Positions 11,501 to 24,985 of a stretch of DNA of 64,000 nt are shown here, one piece after another (positions within the stretch are counted from its first letter, which is position 1; every line of letters starts with the position of its first letter). A program made the translations under genes and the position numbers. The stretch covers positions 240,810,001 through 240,874,000 of the forward strand of contig NC_086097.1 in assembly GCF_963921235.1 (NCBI RefSeq), written 5' to 3'. Under the pieces are notes generated by a model. That model ran no database searches and had not been told where the DNA came from. It worked only from the letters and a program-made list of their open reading frames with translations. Source of the DNA: Mobula hypostoma. Its lineage: Eukaryota.

Positions 11501-12114
11501 CTTTTGCTGAGATTGCATTTCATTTGACACGATTCATATTTTTATGCATTATTTCACATGTGTAATACGTTTGTGGTGAAATATGCATTTTTGTCTCAGA
11601 AAAATATGCAAATATTTATGACAAAGACAGTGCCCTTATAGATAGCTATTTGATCAGGTTTGTTTCTGAGTTTTAAGGAACTTTGCAGTCGTCTTGTTTT
11701 TCCTATCTTGTGAAATACTGGAGATTTATTTGGTTTCAGTAACACCCAAGATTGTGGTCATGATATCAGTACCAAATGGAGAAGGCCATACTTCCCACCG
11801 AGTTCCAAAACTGTTGCAAAACATGAACGACCAGCAATCCAGTTCTAAAAATACAACTTGTTGTCTTACATTTTGTTTTGACACTGAATTAATGACAGAA
11901 AATATTTTGAAGCATTGTTTTTCGCTGGCACCCAGTATATTACTGTCGTCCAGAGGAATGGGGATGTGAGGGATAACATAGCAGCCACGATGGAATTTTG
12001 GAGTAGATTCGATGGGCTGAATTGCCTAATTCTGTTCCAATGCCTTAAGGTCCAGCATCACAAATCTAAAGCAGAACTTCTCACCTGACCTGAGATAGAA
12101 AATGTATTTTCATC

Positions 12115-12430
12115 TCTTTTTCCACTGAGGTTGGGTGGGACTACCACTAGAGGTCATGGGTTAGGGGTAAAAGGTGAGAATTTTAAGGGGAACATTAAGG
12201 GAAACTTCTTCACTCAGAGGGTTGACAGAGTGTGGAATCAGTTGCCAGTGCAAGTGGTGCATGCAAGCACGATTTCAACTTTGAAGAGAAGTTTGGATAG
12301 GTATATGGATGGTCGAGGTATGGAGGTCTACAGTCCCAATGCAGGTCGATGGCAGTAGGCAGTTTAAATAGTTCGGCATGAACAAGATGGACCAAAGGGC
12401 CTGGTTCTGTGCTGTATTTTTCTATAACTC
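12115..12430 (+). mobile_element. CR1 LINE 3' fragment
   Basis: TRGHGLGVKGENFKGNIKGNFFTQRVDRVWNQLP is the CR1 ORF2 C-terminal motif; followed by a 3' UTR with gtgctgta and a tctata tail. Confidence 0.88.
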
Positions 12431-13342
12431 TATTTGTTTCCATCTACATGGAACCTACCACTGATGAGCAAAGTTTGTTAAGAAATAGCATCACGAAGAC
12501 TGCACCTTCAAATTTAGGATTGACCAGCTTATTGATACGTTTAGCACAGTTCTTGGCCTCATAGATTCGAACACAAGAAGCCACAGATGTTTCCTTCCAT
12601 ACGAAATTTGCTAGATTTGCAAATTTTGCTCGCTAGAAGCTAGTCATAAAAACTGCGCGTTGATCAGAATGAAAACCTTATTTGTTCAATGTTATTTCAA
12701 TCAAGGAGGACATTTTAGAGTCTTTCTCTACCTTTTAAAAGAAGAATCCCAGTCAAGCACTTTGGCTTGCAGGATTAATTTACAGACTAGTTCTTTTCTA
12801 GGTGTAGCACTGATTATATCCCATGGTTGCATAATTACAAACATGTGGCTTCAGAGACAAGTTCAGGAGATCAGATACATACCTCGGACTTTGTCAGTGC
12901 TTGCAAAAATTGAGTCAACTGCCATATCAACCATCTTGTTTGCAAGTCCATCACTGGGAAATTCAATTGCACACAAGAATCAACATCTCTTATTTTCATG
13001 CTCACATTTGAAGTCATACAAGTTGCTGGGGGTGAGAGTGGAAAGAGGCTATGGAGAGGATAGGGCAGAGGGGGAGGAGATCTGAAAATAGAAAGGTTGA
13101 GGGGAGGGCTGGCTGCCAGGGATCAGGGGCAGTGTTGCCAACAGTCTGATATAAGGAGAACTATGTGATAAATTACAGAAAGTTGGACAACTCACCTCAA
13201 GTTCCCAAAGCCAGACTGAATGTCACTCCTGGAGTGCTCAGTGTCTGCCAATCTGACACATGGAGACCAAAATCCTCAGACTTTTTCACAATCAGAATCA
13301 GGTTTGATATCACGGACATATGTCGTGAACTGTGGCAGCAGT

Positions 13343-13718
13343 GTAGTCATCATTATTATCATATGCCGTATCTATGATTCAGGTCTTTGACCACGATTGT
13401 TCTTGACAAATGTTTCTACAGAAGTGGTTTGCCACTGCCTTCTTCTGGGCAGCGTCTTTACAAGACAGGTGACCCCAGCCATTATTAATACTTTTCAGAG
13501 ACTGTCTTACTGGCGTCAGCCGTGACATAACCAGGACTTGTGATATGCACCAGCTGCTCATACGATCATCCACCACCTGCTCCCATGGCTTCACGTGACC
13601 CTGATCGGGGGGGGGGGCCAAACAGATGCTACATCTTGCAGAAAGGGTGACCTGCAGACTAATGGAGGGAAGGAGCACCTTACATCTCCTTTGGTAGAGA
13701 TGCATCTCCAACCTGCCA
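13343..13718 (-). mobile_element. RTE/BovB-related SINE-like element inserted in a Rex1-like tail
   Basis: Minus strand contains gaaggcagtggcaaaccacttctg...tgtcaagaacaatc, resembling the Bov-A/Sauria-SINE motif, and ends in an (atg/ata) tail. It interrupts the ggcagcagt|acagtgcaatac host sequence. Confidence 0.55.
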
Positions 13719-14140
13719 CAGTACAGTGCAATACATAAAAAACTAAATTACAGCAAGAAATATATATAATTAAAATGAATAAACAGTGCAAAAAGGATCA
13801 GCTAGTGTTCATGGGTGGGTCCATTGTCTATTTAGAAACCTGCAGGAGGCGAAGAAGCTGTTCCTAAAACATTCAGGCTGCTGGTTCTTCTTCTTGAGGG
13901 CAGCAAAGAGAAGAGGGCACGCCATGGATGAAAGGGCTCCTTAATGAAGGAAGCCGCCTTTCTGAAGCATTGCCTTTTGAAGATATCCTTGATGCTGGGG
14001 AGGTTCTTGCCCATGGCGGAGATGGCTGCGTTTACAAGCCTCTGCATCATTTTCCAATCTCACGCAGTGGCCCCACCGTGCAGCCAGTCAGAATGCACTC
14101 CATGGTTCGCTAAGAGTCTTTGGTGACATACCAAATCTTT
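13719..14140 (-). mobile_element. Rex1/Babar-like LINE 3' fragment
   Basis: ORF 13832-14050: LPSIKDIFKRQCFRKAASFIKEPFHPWRALFSLLPSRR. Confidence 0.8.
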
Positions 14141-15820
14141 AACTCCAAGCAAATTCTCCTAACTTTACTTTTTGTAGAAGTTTAATTGCACCGTACACAG
14201 TAACGTGGCAGCAGGCAATCATCTTCTCATTCCTGAGTTATCTGCACTCAGAACTACAAGTGTCCTCAATGAGGAACTAATGCTGAACGAACTCATGATG
14301 TAATGGGTCAGTATTTCCCCAGTAAGTTAAGGTTGCTGCTTACATGACCCATAAACACTAAGAGCTGGCCCATCATCTGGGCCGGTATATTACACAGTGG
14401 AGTCTAACAAGTAGTTTGGTAACCTGCTATAGAGGAAAAGCCAGTTCATGGATGTCAATCTCTCAGATAAAAACATGAAAACCTAGCAATACAACAAAAA
14501 TATCTGACTAAGCAACAGAGACAAAATGCTGGAGGAACTCAGCAGGTCAGGGGGCATGAATGGAAAAAAGTAAACAGTCAACGTTTCTGGCCGAGACGCT
14601 TCTTCAGGACTACCAACTGGTACATCTTTGGACTGTGCGGGGGGGGGGGGGTGCGGGGAGAACCGGAGCGCTTGGAGGAAACCCACGTGGCACGATCAGA
14701 TGTGAAGAAGGGTCTCAGCCTGAAGCTTCGACTGTTATTCTTTTCCGTTCATGCTCCCTTACCTGCTGAATATCTCCAGCATTTTGCGTGTGTTACCTTG
14801 GATTTTCAGCATCTGCGGACTTTTTCATGTTTATATCTTACAATGGATATGCTTGCTCCTGTGAGACAGAACAGATCAATTGTTTTCTGACCACTGGTTA
14901 GCACAACAACCCAGCTGCCTGTAAGGAGCTTGTACAGTCTCCCTGAGACCACAAGAGTTTTCTCCAGGTGTTCTGGTTTCCTCTCGCAGTCCACAGATAC
15001 ACTGGTTGGTAGGTTAATTGGTCATTGTAAATTTTCCAGTAATTAGGATTGTATTAAATTGGGGAATCGCTGAGCAGCGTGGCTCAAAGTGCTTGAAAGG
15101 CCTATTCCGCACTGTTAACTCAATAAGTAAAAAAATAAATTTAACATTATAAATCACCAAACTCCCATTATTATAAGATCAGTGAACTTTGAAGATGCCA
15201 ATTTCAATCTGAAGGTACAATAAAGTGGGGTAAATGCGATTCACAATTTGCACAGTAACATAACTCATTTTGACCAAGTGGACAAAGAGTGGGGAACATC
15301 TCAAGTCTGTGCTGTCAAAATGGGAATTCAGGCACCTTTAAAGACACCAGTAGCACTCGGTCATTATAAACTATTGTTTCCTCTCTCACAAGATAGATTA
15401 GCTTCCAGCTGTATGGTTATAAGCCAATCCCACAACCCCGGCTCCTAGGAACTACAAGGGAAGTAAACCAATAAAGACAAAGAACAGGTATAGGTGGACG
15501 CAAAAGGAAGTTGGAATTGGGGAAGTGTCAAGGCAGAAACGGGGAAGTGATAGTTAAGAGTAGATACTCTGGGAAGGGGAAAGACAACAGAGATAATAAT
15601 AATAATAAAGTATCTGTCATAGAAAAGAAGTAGAGATAAAAATAAAAAGAAATTTATTCCCTGATACAAGTTAAGGAATATTACCAAGGTATCAATGCAA
15701 GTTGGACACACAACCAAACAGAGATTTGTTACTCAGCTATACACACAAAATGCTGGAGGAACTCAAGGAAACAGGATTGCAGTGCTGCTCCAGTCTGTGC
15801 AAAATAGGTAATTACAATGC

Positions 15821-16267
15821 TGCTAATGCCCCACCTCCCCCTCGTATCCCATCTGTTATTTATTTATATACACACATTCTTTCTCTCTTTCTCTCTCCTT
15901 TTTCTCCCTCTGTCCCTCTGACTATACCCCTTGCCCATCCTCTGGGTTTCCCCCCTCCCCCTTTTCCTTCTCCCTGGGCCTCCTGTCCCATGATCCTCTC
16001 ATATCCCTTTTGCCTATCACCTGTCCAGCTCTTGGCTCTATCCCTCCCCCTCCTGTCTTCTCCTATCATTTCGGATCTCCCCCTCCCCCTCCAACTTTCA
16101 AATCTCTTACTAGCTCTTCCTTCAGTTAGTCCTGACGAAGGGTCTCGGCCTGAAACGTCAACTGTACCTCTTCCTAGAGATGCTGCCTGGTCTGCTGCGT
16201 TCACCAGCAACTATGATGTGTGTTGCTTGAATTTCCAGCGTCTGTAGATTTCCTCGTGTTTGCGTAT
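15821..16267 (+). mobile_element. Young Penelope-like 3' fragment (CT-rich region plus terminal repeat with hammerhead)
   Basis: Same subfamily as 3419-3599; flanked by ttacaatgc (15812-15820 and 16268-16276), a putative 9-bp TSD. Confidence 0.8.
16128..16163 (+). ncRNA. Minimal type-I hammerhead ribozyme motif (core intact, one stem-I mismatch)
   Basis: AGTC-CTGACGA-AGGGTCTCGGCCT-GAAAC-GTC-AACT. Confidence 0.7.
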
Positions 16268-17847
16268 TTACAATGCATGTGTTTTGGCTTAATTTTTTAA
16301 AAATCCCATCTGTACATGCAACAAGTAACTTCGATCAACCATAACACTCAAAGCCATTGGGAAGCCGGGGTGCAGCATTATTCAGCTGCACAACAGCCCT
16401 CGGCCCAAAACTGACCATTTATTCTTCACTGTAGACACAGCCTGACTTGCCAATTTGTGTGTGTAATTTTGTGTGTATGTCGCACAAGATTTCCAGCATC
16501 TGCCAAACCTCTTGTGTTTACGATACCCAACTCTGCATATTCTACGTAACAAAACAGAAGAGTGGGAATGGGGGTGATGCAGGAATTCTCTCTGTTCTTT
16601 TCTCCCTTCTGATGCCTGTTCAGAATTGAATTGTGAAATCAATTCAGTGTTGAGGTGAGTGAAGTCATCCACACCAGTACATGAGCCTGATGGTTGTAGG
16701 GTAATACTGTTCCTGAACATGGTGCTGTGGGACCCAAGGCTCCTGTACCTCCTTCCTGAAGGCAGAAGCGAGAAGACAGTATGTCCTGGAATGGTGGAGG
16801 GGTGGTGGCCCATGATAATTACCCCCACTCCACACACAACACACATGAAATGCTAGAGGATCACAGCAGGTCAGGCAACAGCATCTGCGGAAGAAAATAA
16901 GCAGTCGATGTTTCAGGCCGAGACCCTTCATGAGGAATGGAAAGAAAGGAAGACGATAGCCAGAATGAGAAGTTGGGGAAAGGGAGGGGAAGGAGTACAA
17001 GCTGGCAGGTGATTGGAGAGCAGAGATCACACAGGCGAGCAGTGGAAGAGAGGATCCATACAATTCATTACCACAGGAAATGGCTGAAGTGATTTTCACT
17101 TTATCAGTAGTTGGAATACATTAGTTATCACCCCCACCCCGCCGCCACCAAGATATCTTATTGGATTGCTTGGTGTCCATTAATAATAATAATTAATTAT
17201 GCTCTTCCTCACAGAAGTTCTTGGACTAGATAAATGCTTTATCATTCATGCCAAATCAGATGTCACCACAAAAATTGCCTAACTGGGACATCCTCGCTTT
17301 AAGTCGTCACTGTTGTGACTTCAATACCTTTAAGCATTGGAAGCTGCCATACAGATCTGTCCAAGCTCACAGCCACTCATGCATACCTTCATGGAAAAGG
17401 AGATGGAGTCAGGAAGGGGGTTATTTATTTAATTTATGTAGATATACAGCATGGTAATAGACCCCTCTGGTCCATTGAGCCCATGCCAGCCAAAACACCC
17501 ACGTGACCAATTAACATCTAATAATTAATTTATTAATTAACATATTAATTTGCATGTCCGCAATGTGGGAGGAAGGAGGAAACAAGAGCACCCAGCAGAA
17601 ACCCACACAGTCACTGGAAGAATGTACAAAATCCTTACAAACAGCAGCGGAACTCAATCTAGGTCATTGGCAATGTCATAGCCTTACGCTAACTGCTAGA
17701 GTACTATACCACCCCAGGATTGGAGGAGAGAAATGGCCTCCTCACTGAGCGGTAACCTACTTAGGCGCTATGCCACAGCTGGCCTCCATCAAGGCCACAG
17801 CAACCTGTTCATGAGTACTACAACGTTTGCAAGTATTGCCTGCGCCA

Positions 17848-18300
17848 AGACCATAAGGCTTAGGAACAGATTTGGGCCATTTTGCCCATCAGGTTTGGCC
17901 CACCATTCTATCATGGCTGATTTATTATCCATCAGCCCTATTTCTCTTGCCTTTGATGCCCTGACTAATCAAGAACCTATCAACCTTCACTTCAAATATA
18001 CCCAATGACTTGACCGCCACAGCTGTCTGTGGCAATGAAGTCCACAGATTCGCCACCCTCTGGCTGAAGAAATTCTTCCTCATTTCTGTTCTCATGAGAT
18101 GTCCTCGTATTTTGATGTTGTGTCCTCTTGTCCTAGACTCACCCACTGCAGGCAACATTCCCTCCACATCCACTCTATCCAAACCTTCAATAGGTTTCAA
18201 TATGAGATCCCTCCTCAAACTTCAAAACTCCTGTGTCTACAGGCCCAGAACTGTCAAACGCTTCTCATACATTAACCCTGTCGTCCATGGAATCGTTCTC
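17848..18300 (-). mobile_element. CR1 LINE 3' fragment
   Basis: ORF 17925-18218: GLDRVDVE...SRTRGHNIKIRG...RKNFFSQRVANLW.SLP. Confidence 0.88.
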
Positions 18301-18904
18301 AAGAAGATGGAACCCAGTGACAGAATGGGTGGCCAGTGATGGCGTCTGTCACTCAGAACATCTCGGATGTACGCTGGTCCATGCAAACTCAGACCAATTT
18401 ATATTCAACACCACAGGCCACAGCACAACTCAGCCCTTTAAGGAACAGCTATAAAGAAGGCAGCGGGGTTGGGGTGGGGGGTGGAGGGTTATTAAAAGCC
18501 TTTGCAAGTGAAACTAAAGTGGTTACGAGGGAAATGGGAAATTGGTTAAATGGACAATTATATCAATATTCACAGCTGTGCATGAGATGAATACCCAAGT
18601 AAAAGGAAACCTAAAATTGGGTTAGTATTGCATTTGGAAAGAAAAGTTATACAAGCCAATATAAACATAACTGTCTTAACTCCCCTACCGAGAATGTTAA
18701 ATGTGCCAAGTTATCACATCAAAAAAATTGTCCTCTTTTTCTTAAGTTCATTTTTGTTTGCTTCTCGCAAACGAATTTCAGAGACCTAGCCCAATAGCCT
18801 GCTGCTGCTAGGCACAGCTCACTGCTACTGACCAGGGATGGATTTCTGGACATGCGAATCTGTGCAGCCGCAGTTCCGGCTCCTGATCATTTCACCCTAA
18901 GTAT

Positions 18905-19660
18905 TAAGACCATAAGATACAGGACTAGAATTAGACCATTTGGCCTATCAAATCTGCTCCACCATTTGATGACATTTTCCCCCTCATTTCCAATCTCCTA
19001 CCTTCTCCCCGATTCCTTCATGCCCTGACTAATCAAGAATCTATCAACCCAATGACTTGGCCTCCACAGCCACCTATGGCGATGAATTCTACAGATTCAC
19101 CATTCTCTGGCTAAAGAAGTTCTTCATCTCCATTCTAAAAGGACATCGCTCTCTTTTGAGGCTTTGTCTTCTGGTCTTTGGACTCCCCCACCATAAGAAA
19201 CATTCTCTCCGCATCTACTCTATCGAGACGTTTCAACGATCGATAGGTTTCAATGAGGTCACCCCTCATTCATCTGAATTCCAGTAAGACGTGCAGAGCC
19301 GTCAAACCCTTATATAATGAGTTTTTCAATTGTGGAATCATTTTAGTGAACCTCCTTTGAACCCTCTCTAACGTTAGCACTTCATTTCTTAGGAATGGAA
19401 CCCAAAATGGCTCACAACATTCCAAGTGAGGCCTCACCAGTGCCTTATAAGGGCTCAATATTACACACTTGCTTTTATATTCAATTCCTCTCAATATGAA
19501 ATCTAACATCGCTTTTGTTCCACACCCCTGACTCAACCTGCAAATTAACCTACAAGAAATCCTGCAGGGGTCGTCCCACATCCCTTTGTACCTCAGATTT
19601 TTTGTTTACCTTCTCTCCATTTTGAAAGAAGTCCGCGCTTTGATTTCTTCTATTAATAGA
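18905..19660 (-). mobile_element. CR1 LINE 3' fragment
   Basis: ORF 19270-19581: YKALVRPHLECC..FW.PFLR....LERVQRRFTKMIP. Confidence 0.88.
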
Positions 19661-20534
19661 GATAGTTAAACACATTGTAAATGAAAATTGGCAAAACTAC
19701 CAAATGCAAATGTTGCCATCATTTAAGAAACAAGTTTGCTCCAACCTGACAATTCCATTTTCGCTCAGCATTTGACATTGCACTACATAACAAGTACAAA
19801 CTTGTTCTGAATTGGAATTGACCCCAAGTCAAGGGTTAAAGTTGACAGCATCACCATGGACACCAGTCTCCCCATCATCAAGGTGGGAGGGAAGGGCTAG
19901 ATTGATTTTGCAGTTAAGTTAAAATGTCGGCATAACATCGTGGGCCGAAAGGCTGTTTCCATATCCACTCGAAAAAAGCTGAAAGCAAACAACGAATAAA
20001 ACTGCTGTATTAATTTGCAGTGGGATTAAATATTCTGTGTGGCATGTTGGAGGTTGAGAAAGTTGTACAAAGTCCACATGACCTGTGAAACAGCTCGAAC
20101 TGTTGGCAATATGTTTTCTGACCCTGAGGGAAAGAAACTATTTACACAGCTTACCGAGGGCCCCTAGTGGTATGAACCTACTATTAACAAACACTGCAAT
20201 AGTAACTGGACCCCTTACATAATGCCCAAGGTCTCATATTTTGTCAGATGTCAGATTCTTTCCCAATAGGGACATACTATTCTCCCCACCTATGTACCTG
20301 AGAGGAAGATTTGTTCCAAATTTTTCCCTAATGATTTAAATTACAGTGAGCCTGTTGTGCGTACAGATAAAGTCAGTCTAACTTCGAAAACAAATACTGA
20401 ATAAAAAACCTACATTCAATGAAGCAAAATAATATTATGAAAACTGACAGCTTCTTTACTCAACTCTTGGGCTTCAGACATCCAGGATAAAAATGAACAA
20501 CTTCTATTAAAACAACGCTCGTTCCGTTTTAAAC

Positions 20535-21140
20535 CACAAGACAACAGGAGCAGAATATGGCCATTCAGCCAATTAATCTGCTCTGCTATTCCATCATGGC
20601 TAAATTATTCTCATTCCTTTTCGCCAGAACCTTTGACACCCTTACTAATTAAGATCTTATCAACCTCCGCTTTAAACGTACCCAATGACTTAGCCTCCAT
20701 AGCCATCTGTGGTAATGAATTGGACCGATTCATCATCAACTGACTAAAGAAATTCCTCCTCATCTCTGTTCTAAAGGGACGTCCTTGTACTTTGCGGTTG
20801 TGCTCTCTCTGATCTTAGACTCCCTCACGATTGGAAAATCCTCTCCACATCCACTCTGGCTAGTCCTTTCAATATTCAAAAGTTTTCAATAAGATCCTCC
20901 CTCATTCTTCTAAACTCCAGCGAGTAGAGGCCCAGCGCCATCAAATACTACTCATATGTTAACCCTTTCATTCCTGGAATCATTCTCTTGAACCTCACCT
21001 GGCCCTTCTCCAATGCCAGCCCATCCTTTCTTAAATTTGGGATCCAAAACTGCTAATACTCCAAGTGGGGTCTGACCAATGGCTTATAAAGCCTCAGAAT
21101 CGCATCCTTGCTGTTGTGTTCGAGCCCTCTCGAAATTATG
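20535..21140 (-). mobile_element. CR1 LINE 3' fragment (degenerate)
   Basis: Parallel in sequence to 17848-18300 and 18905-19660. Confidence 0.8.
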
Positions 21141-21789
21141 TCAAACCGCTTGTTGGTGAGGCACACCTGGAATGTGCTGCTGGCCTGGCCCAGAGAATTA
21201 ACTCAAACCTCGGGCCAGTATTTAATCTTGGACATATGGGATGAGTGGTCAAGTTCTGATAGCTGTTTTAGGATAGGCAGGCCTTAGCAACAGACTGTGA
21301 GACAGTCCATAGATAGCGGTCAGAACAGGCTAGTGGGGGTGGTTGCCTTTTCACAGTTTATCTTGTTACTGGTGCAGCAACTAATATAAGCAGCACAGTT
21401 CAAATTTAATTAATTCCATCAGCAGAGCAAAATTAATCATGGGGCAACACCTAAAATGAGAATGCACAATGGCGATTATCCTGAAAGGATCCATCATGGC
21501 CTGGTATGGAAACACCAATGGCCAGGAATGGAAAACCTCAATGAAGTTAGTGGATACGTCCCAGTCCGTCACAGGCAAAGACCTCTCTGGCATGGAGCAC
21601 GTCTACAAGGAGCATAGCCACAAGAAAACAGCATCCATCGTCAAGAAAACCCACCATCTCAGGCCAGGCTCTCTTCTCTCTGCTGCCATTGGGAAGGTCC
21701 CACACCACCAGGTTCAGGAACAGTTAACTATTCCTCAATCATCAGGCTCCTGAACCAGCATGGTGAACTTCACTCTCCACAGCAACGCG

Positions 21790-21985
21790 CGCACAATGCT
21801 GGAGGAACTCAGCGGGTGAGCAGCATCTATGGAAAGTCAACATTTCAGGCCAAGACTCTTCTTTAGGACTGAGGAAGGATTTTGTCACAAATCGTCGACT
21901 GTTTACCCTTTTCCAAAGATAATGCCTGACCTGCTGAGTTCCTCCAGCATTTTGTGTGATTTCCAGCATCTGCAGATTTCTCATA
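21790..21985. mobile_element. Fold-back pair of older Penelope-like terminal repeats
   Basis: atgctggaggaactcagc.ggt... (-) paired with ...cctgctgagttcctccagcat (+), with decayed hammerhead cores between them. Confidence 0.7.
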
Positions 21986-22059
21986 TTGGTGATTCACTCA
22001 CCACAACTCTGAATGGATTCCACAACCTATGGACTTAAGAGGCAGCTATCTTCTTGGTT

Positions 22060-23262
22060 TAGAACATAGAACATAGAACAGTACAGCATAGTACAGGCCC
22101 TTTGGCCCACAATGTTGTGTCAACTCTTAAACCCTGCCTCTCATATAACCCCCCACCTTAAATTCCGCCATATACCTGTCTAGTAGTCTCTTAAATTTCA
22201 CTAGTATATCCTGCCTCCACCAATGACTCAGGCAGTGCATTCCACGCACCAACCACTCTCTGAGTAAAAAATCTTCCTCTAATATCCCCCTTGAACTTCC
22301 CACCCCTTACCTCTTGTATTGAGCAGCAGTGCCCTGGGGAAGAGGCACTGGCTATCCACTCTATCTATTCCTCTTAATATCTTGTATACCTCTATCATGT
22401 CTCCTCTCATCCTCCCCCTCTCCAGAGAGTAAAAGCTCTAACTCCCGTAATCTCTGATCATAATGCATGCTCTCTAAACCAGGCAGCATCCTGGTAAATC
22501 TCTGTACTCTTTCCAATGCTTCTACATCCTTCCGAGAGTGAGGTGACCAGAACTGGACACAGTACTCCAAGTGTGGCCTAACCAGAGTTTTATAGAGCTG
22601 CATCATTACCCCACGACTCTTAAAACTCTATCCCTCGACTTATGAAAGCTAACACCCCATAAGCTTTCTTAACTACCCTATCTACCTGTGAGGCAACTTT
22701 CAGGGATCTGTGGACATGTACCCCCAGATCCCTCTGCTCCTCCACACTTCCAAGTATCCTGCCATTTACTTTGCACTCTGCCTTGGAGTTTGTCCTTCCA
22801 AAGTGTACCACCTCACACTTCTCCGGGTTGAACTCCATCTGCCACTTCTCAGCCCACTTCTCCATCCTCTGCAATCTTCGACAATCCTCTACACTATCCA
22901 CAACACCACCAACCTTTGTGTTGTCTGCAAACTTGCCAACCCATCCTTCTACCCCCACATCCAGGTCGTTAATAAAAATTACAAATAGTAGAGGTCCCAG
23001 AACCGATCCTTGTGGGACACGACTAGTCACAACCCTCCAATCGGAATGTACTCCCTGCACCATGAACCTCTGCTTTCTGCAGGCAAGCCATTCTGAATCC
23101 ACCTGGCCAAACTTCCCTGGATGCCATGCCTTCTGACTTTCCGAATAAGCCTACCGTGTGGAACCTTGTCAAATGCCTTACTAAAATCTATGTAGATCAC
23201 ATCCACTGCACTACCCTCATCCATATGCCTGGTCATCTCCTCAAAGAACTCTATCAGGCTAG
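22060..23262 (-). mobile_element. CR1 LINE, 5'-truncated, covering RT domain to 3' tail
   Basis: DVIYIDFSKAFDKVPH, VPQGSVLGPLLFVIFINDLD, FADN, LYKTLVRPHLEYCVQFWSP; (tagaaca)n tail; frameshifted. Confidence 0.93.
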
Positions 23263-24594
23263 TTTTCTGTGTTTTTGATGTGGACTTGGACTACAAACTC
23301 TTTTTTCCCCCAGTCTTATAGTTTTTTTATGTTCTGTGTTTTTGGCCCAACCTTTCTTGCTTTTTTTTTGTGTGTGGGGGGGTGGTTTGGTGGTCCATGA
23401 GCCTGGTCAGTTTTGTTCCATTTTTTTGTGGATGGATTTGAAAGAATTTCAGAGTTGTATAGTTTGATAATAAATAAAATGAACTATTAGATTGATTTTA
23501 CAGTCAGTTACAAGGTCGACACAACATTGTGGGCTGAAGGGCCGGTAACGCATTGGAATGCTCTATGTTCTACGTTTATGTTTTATTTCCCTCCATAGAT
23601 GCTGCCTGACCTGCTGAGTTCCTCAAACATTTTGTGTCTCAAAACACTGAGCATCTGCAGAATTTCATGTCTATTGTTTGGTTTATGAATTGGTACACGC
23701 TCGATTCTCACACTTCATTCCACCACAGAATGGCAGCCATTGAATTCCAGTCCAGTCATGTCCAAGCATCATTATCTGCACTCCAAGGACCACTCCAGCT
23801 GATTGATCTGTCGATCTTCTCCTTTTCAATTACCCATGTCCTTGGTGCTTTCAGTTTTCATTTTCCAGTTGTTAGATGTGATATTCATCTTGAAATGTAT
23901 TCACAAATGGCTTCCACTGAAATGTGTGTTTCATTCCAAAACAAGCAGAAGAAACTGCTTTGTATGCATTGCAAGGAGGTGAAAATGCAACCTCGAGCCT
24001 ACTGTTACAACCGTGGGCATATACATCTATAAACACAAATCAAAAACCATAAATCAATTAAGGCCAAATTTCAAACTCTGAAAAGAGGACCAAATGGAAG
24101 ATGGTGCTTGTTCACTAGCTGAAATGGAAGCCTAAATACATTAGCCAGATACCGGAGAATGTCATTATATCGGTCAACAGTGAAATATAATGGGCTATCA
24201 CTTTGTCGTAGTGGATCCCGAGAGCGATACTGTCTGGAGCTAAACTCTTTGTACTAGGCCTCAAGCTATGGGTTTGCCTGCTGCTGCCATCCAGGTGAGG
24301 AGATGCTGGAGGCGGTGTAGCGTGGCATCTGTGCTCGGTTGGGGGCCAGCCCCTCCTGCCAGTGCCGCCCTCCAGCACTCAATCGGCGGAACGACAGGCT
24401 GATATGCCAGAAACTGCGCCACTGTTTTGCAGAACATGTCGCTCAGACTATATATATGTTTTTTTTTGAGTGACTATGTTTTCCATGTCTATGTTGTATG
24501 GGCTGTGTATGTTTTGCATCATGGCCCCAGAGGAATACTGTTTCATTTGGCTGTATGGTTGAATGATAATTAAACGATTTGGTTTTGGTTGGTT

Positions 24595-24985
24595 CACCCA
24601 TGGTGGTAAGGTCAAGGGTGAGGTTCCGGACAAAGCGATCCAACCAAGACCCCAGCAGTGGAACTGGTGGAAGATGATGATGACTCATCACAGTGGCAGT
24701 GAAATCAGCTGTGAAGGGTCCCCAAATCATCTTGTATGTCATGCCAGTGAACTCAGACGCTGATCTGTCAAGGACCCTGTGCAGCAGCATCACAACATTA
24801 AACAAAGCAATGCACAGGCAGAGGTAATAACGCACCAGTATATACAGCACCGAATTGGCCTCAATGAGGATGCACCAATAAACAACTCCTTAAGAGAACA
24901 TCATACTCGACTCGAGTGGTCGCACTACCTCCATAATGGGCTTACGGCTGCTTAGGTCATGGACTACCAGCCACCGGACAGTGCT
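24595..24985 (+). mobile_element. Possible RTE-clade 5'-UTR-derived non-autonomous element
   Basis: cacccatggtggtaaggtcaagggtgaggttccggacaaagcgatccaaccaagacc resembles RTE/Expander 5' UTR sequence, from recall only. Confidence 0.35.

Noticed and set aside
12884..12952. Possible minus-strand exon (cccag|...DGLANKMVDMAVDSIFASTDKVR...|gtatgt)
   Set aside because: Splice-like ends, but the peptide is unrecognised and there are no supporting neighbouring exons; needs RNA-seq.
20156..20172. CTCF-like motif (minus strand ccactaggggccc)
   Set aside because: Single imperfect match; not supportable without ChIP or conservation data.
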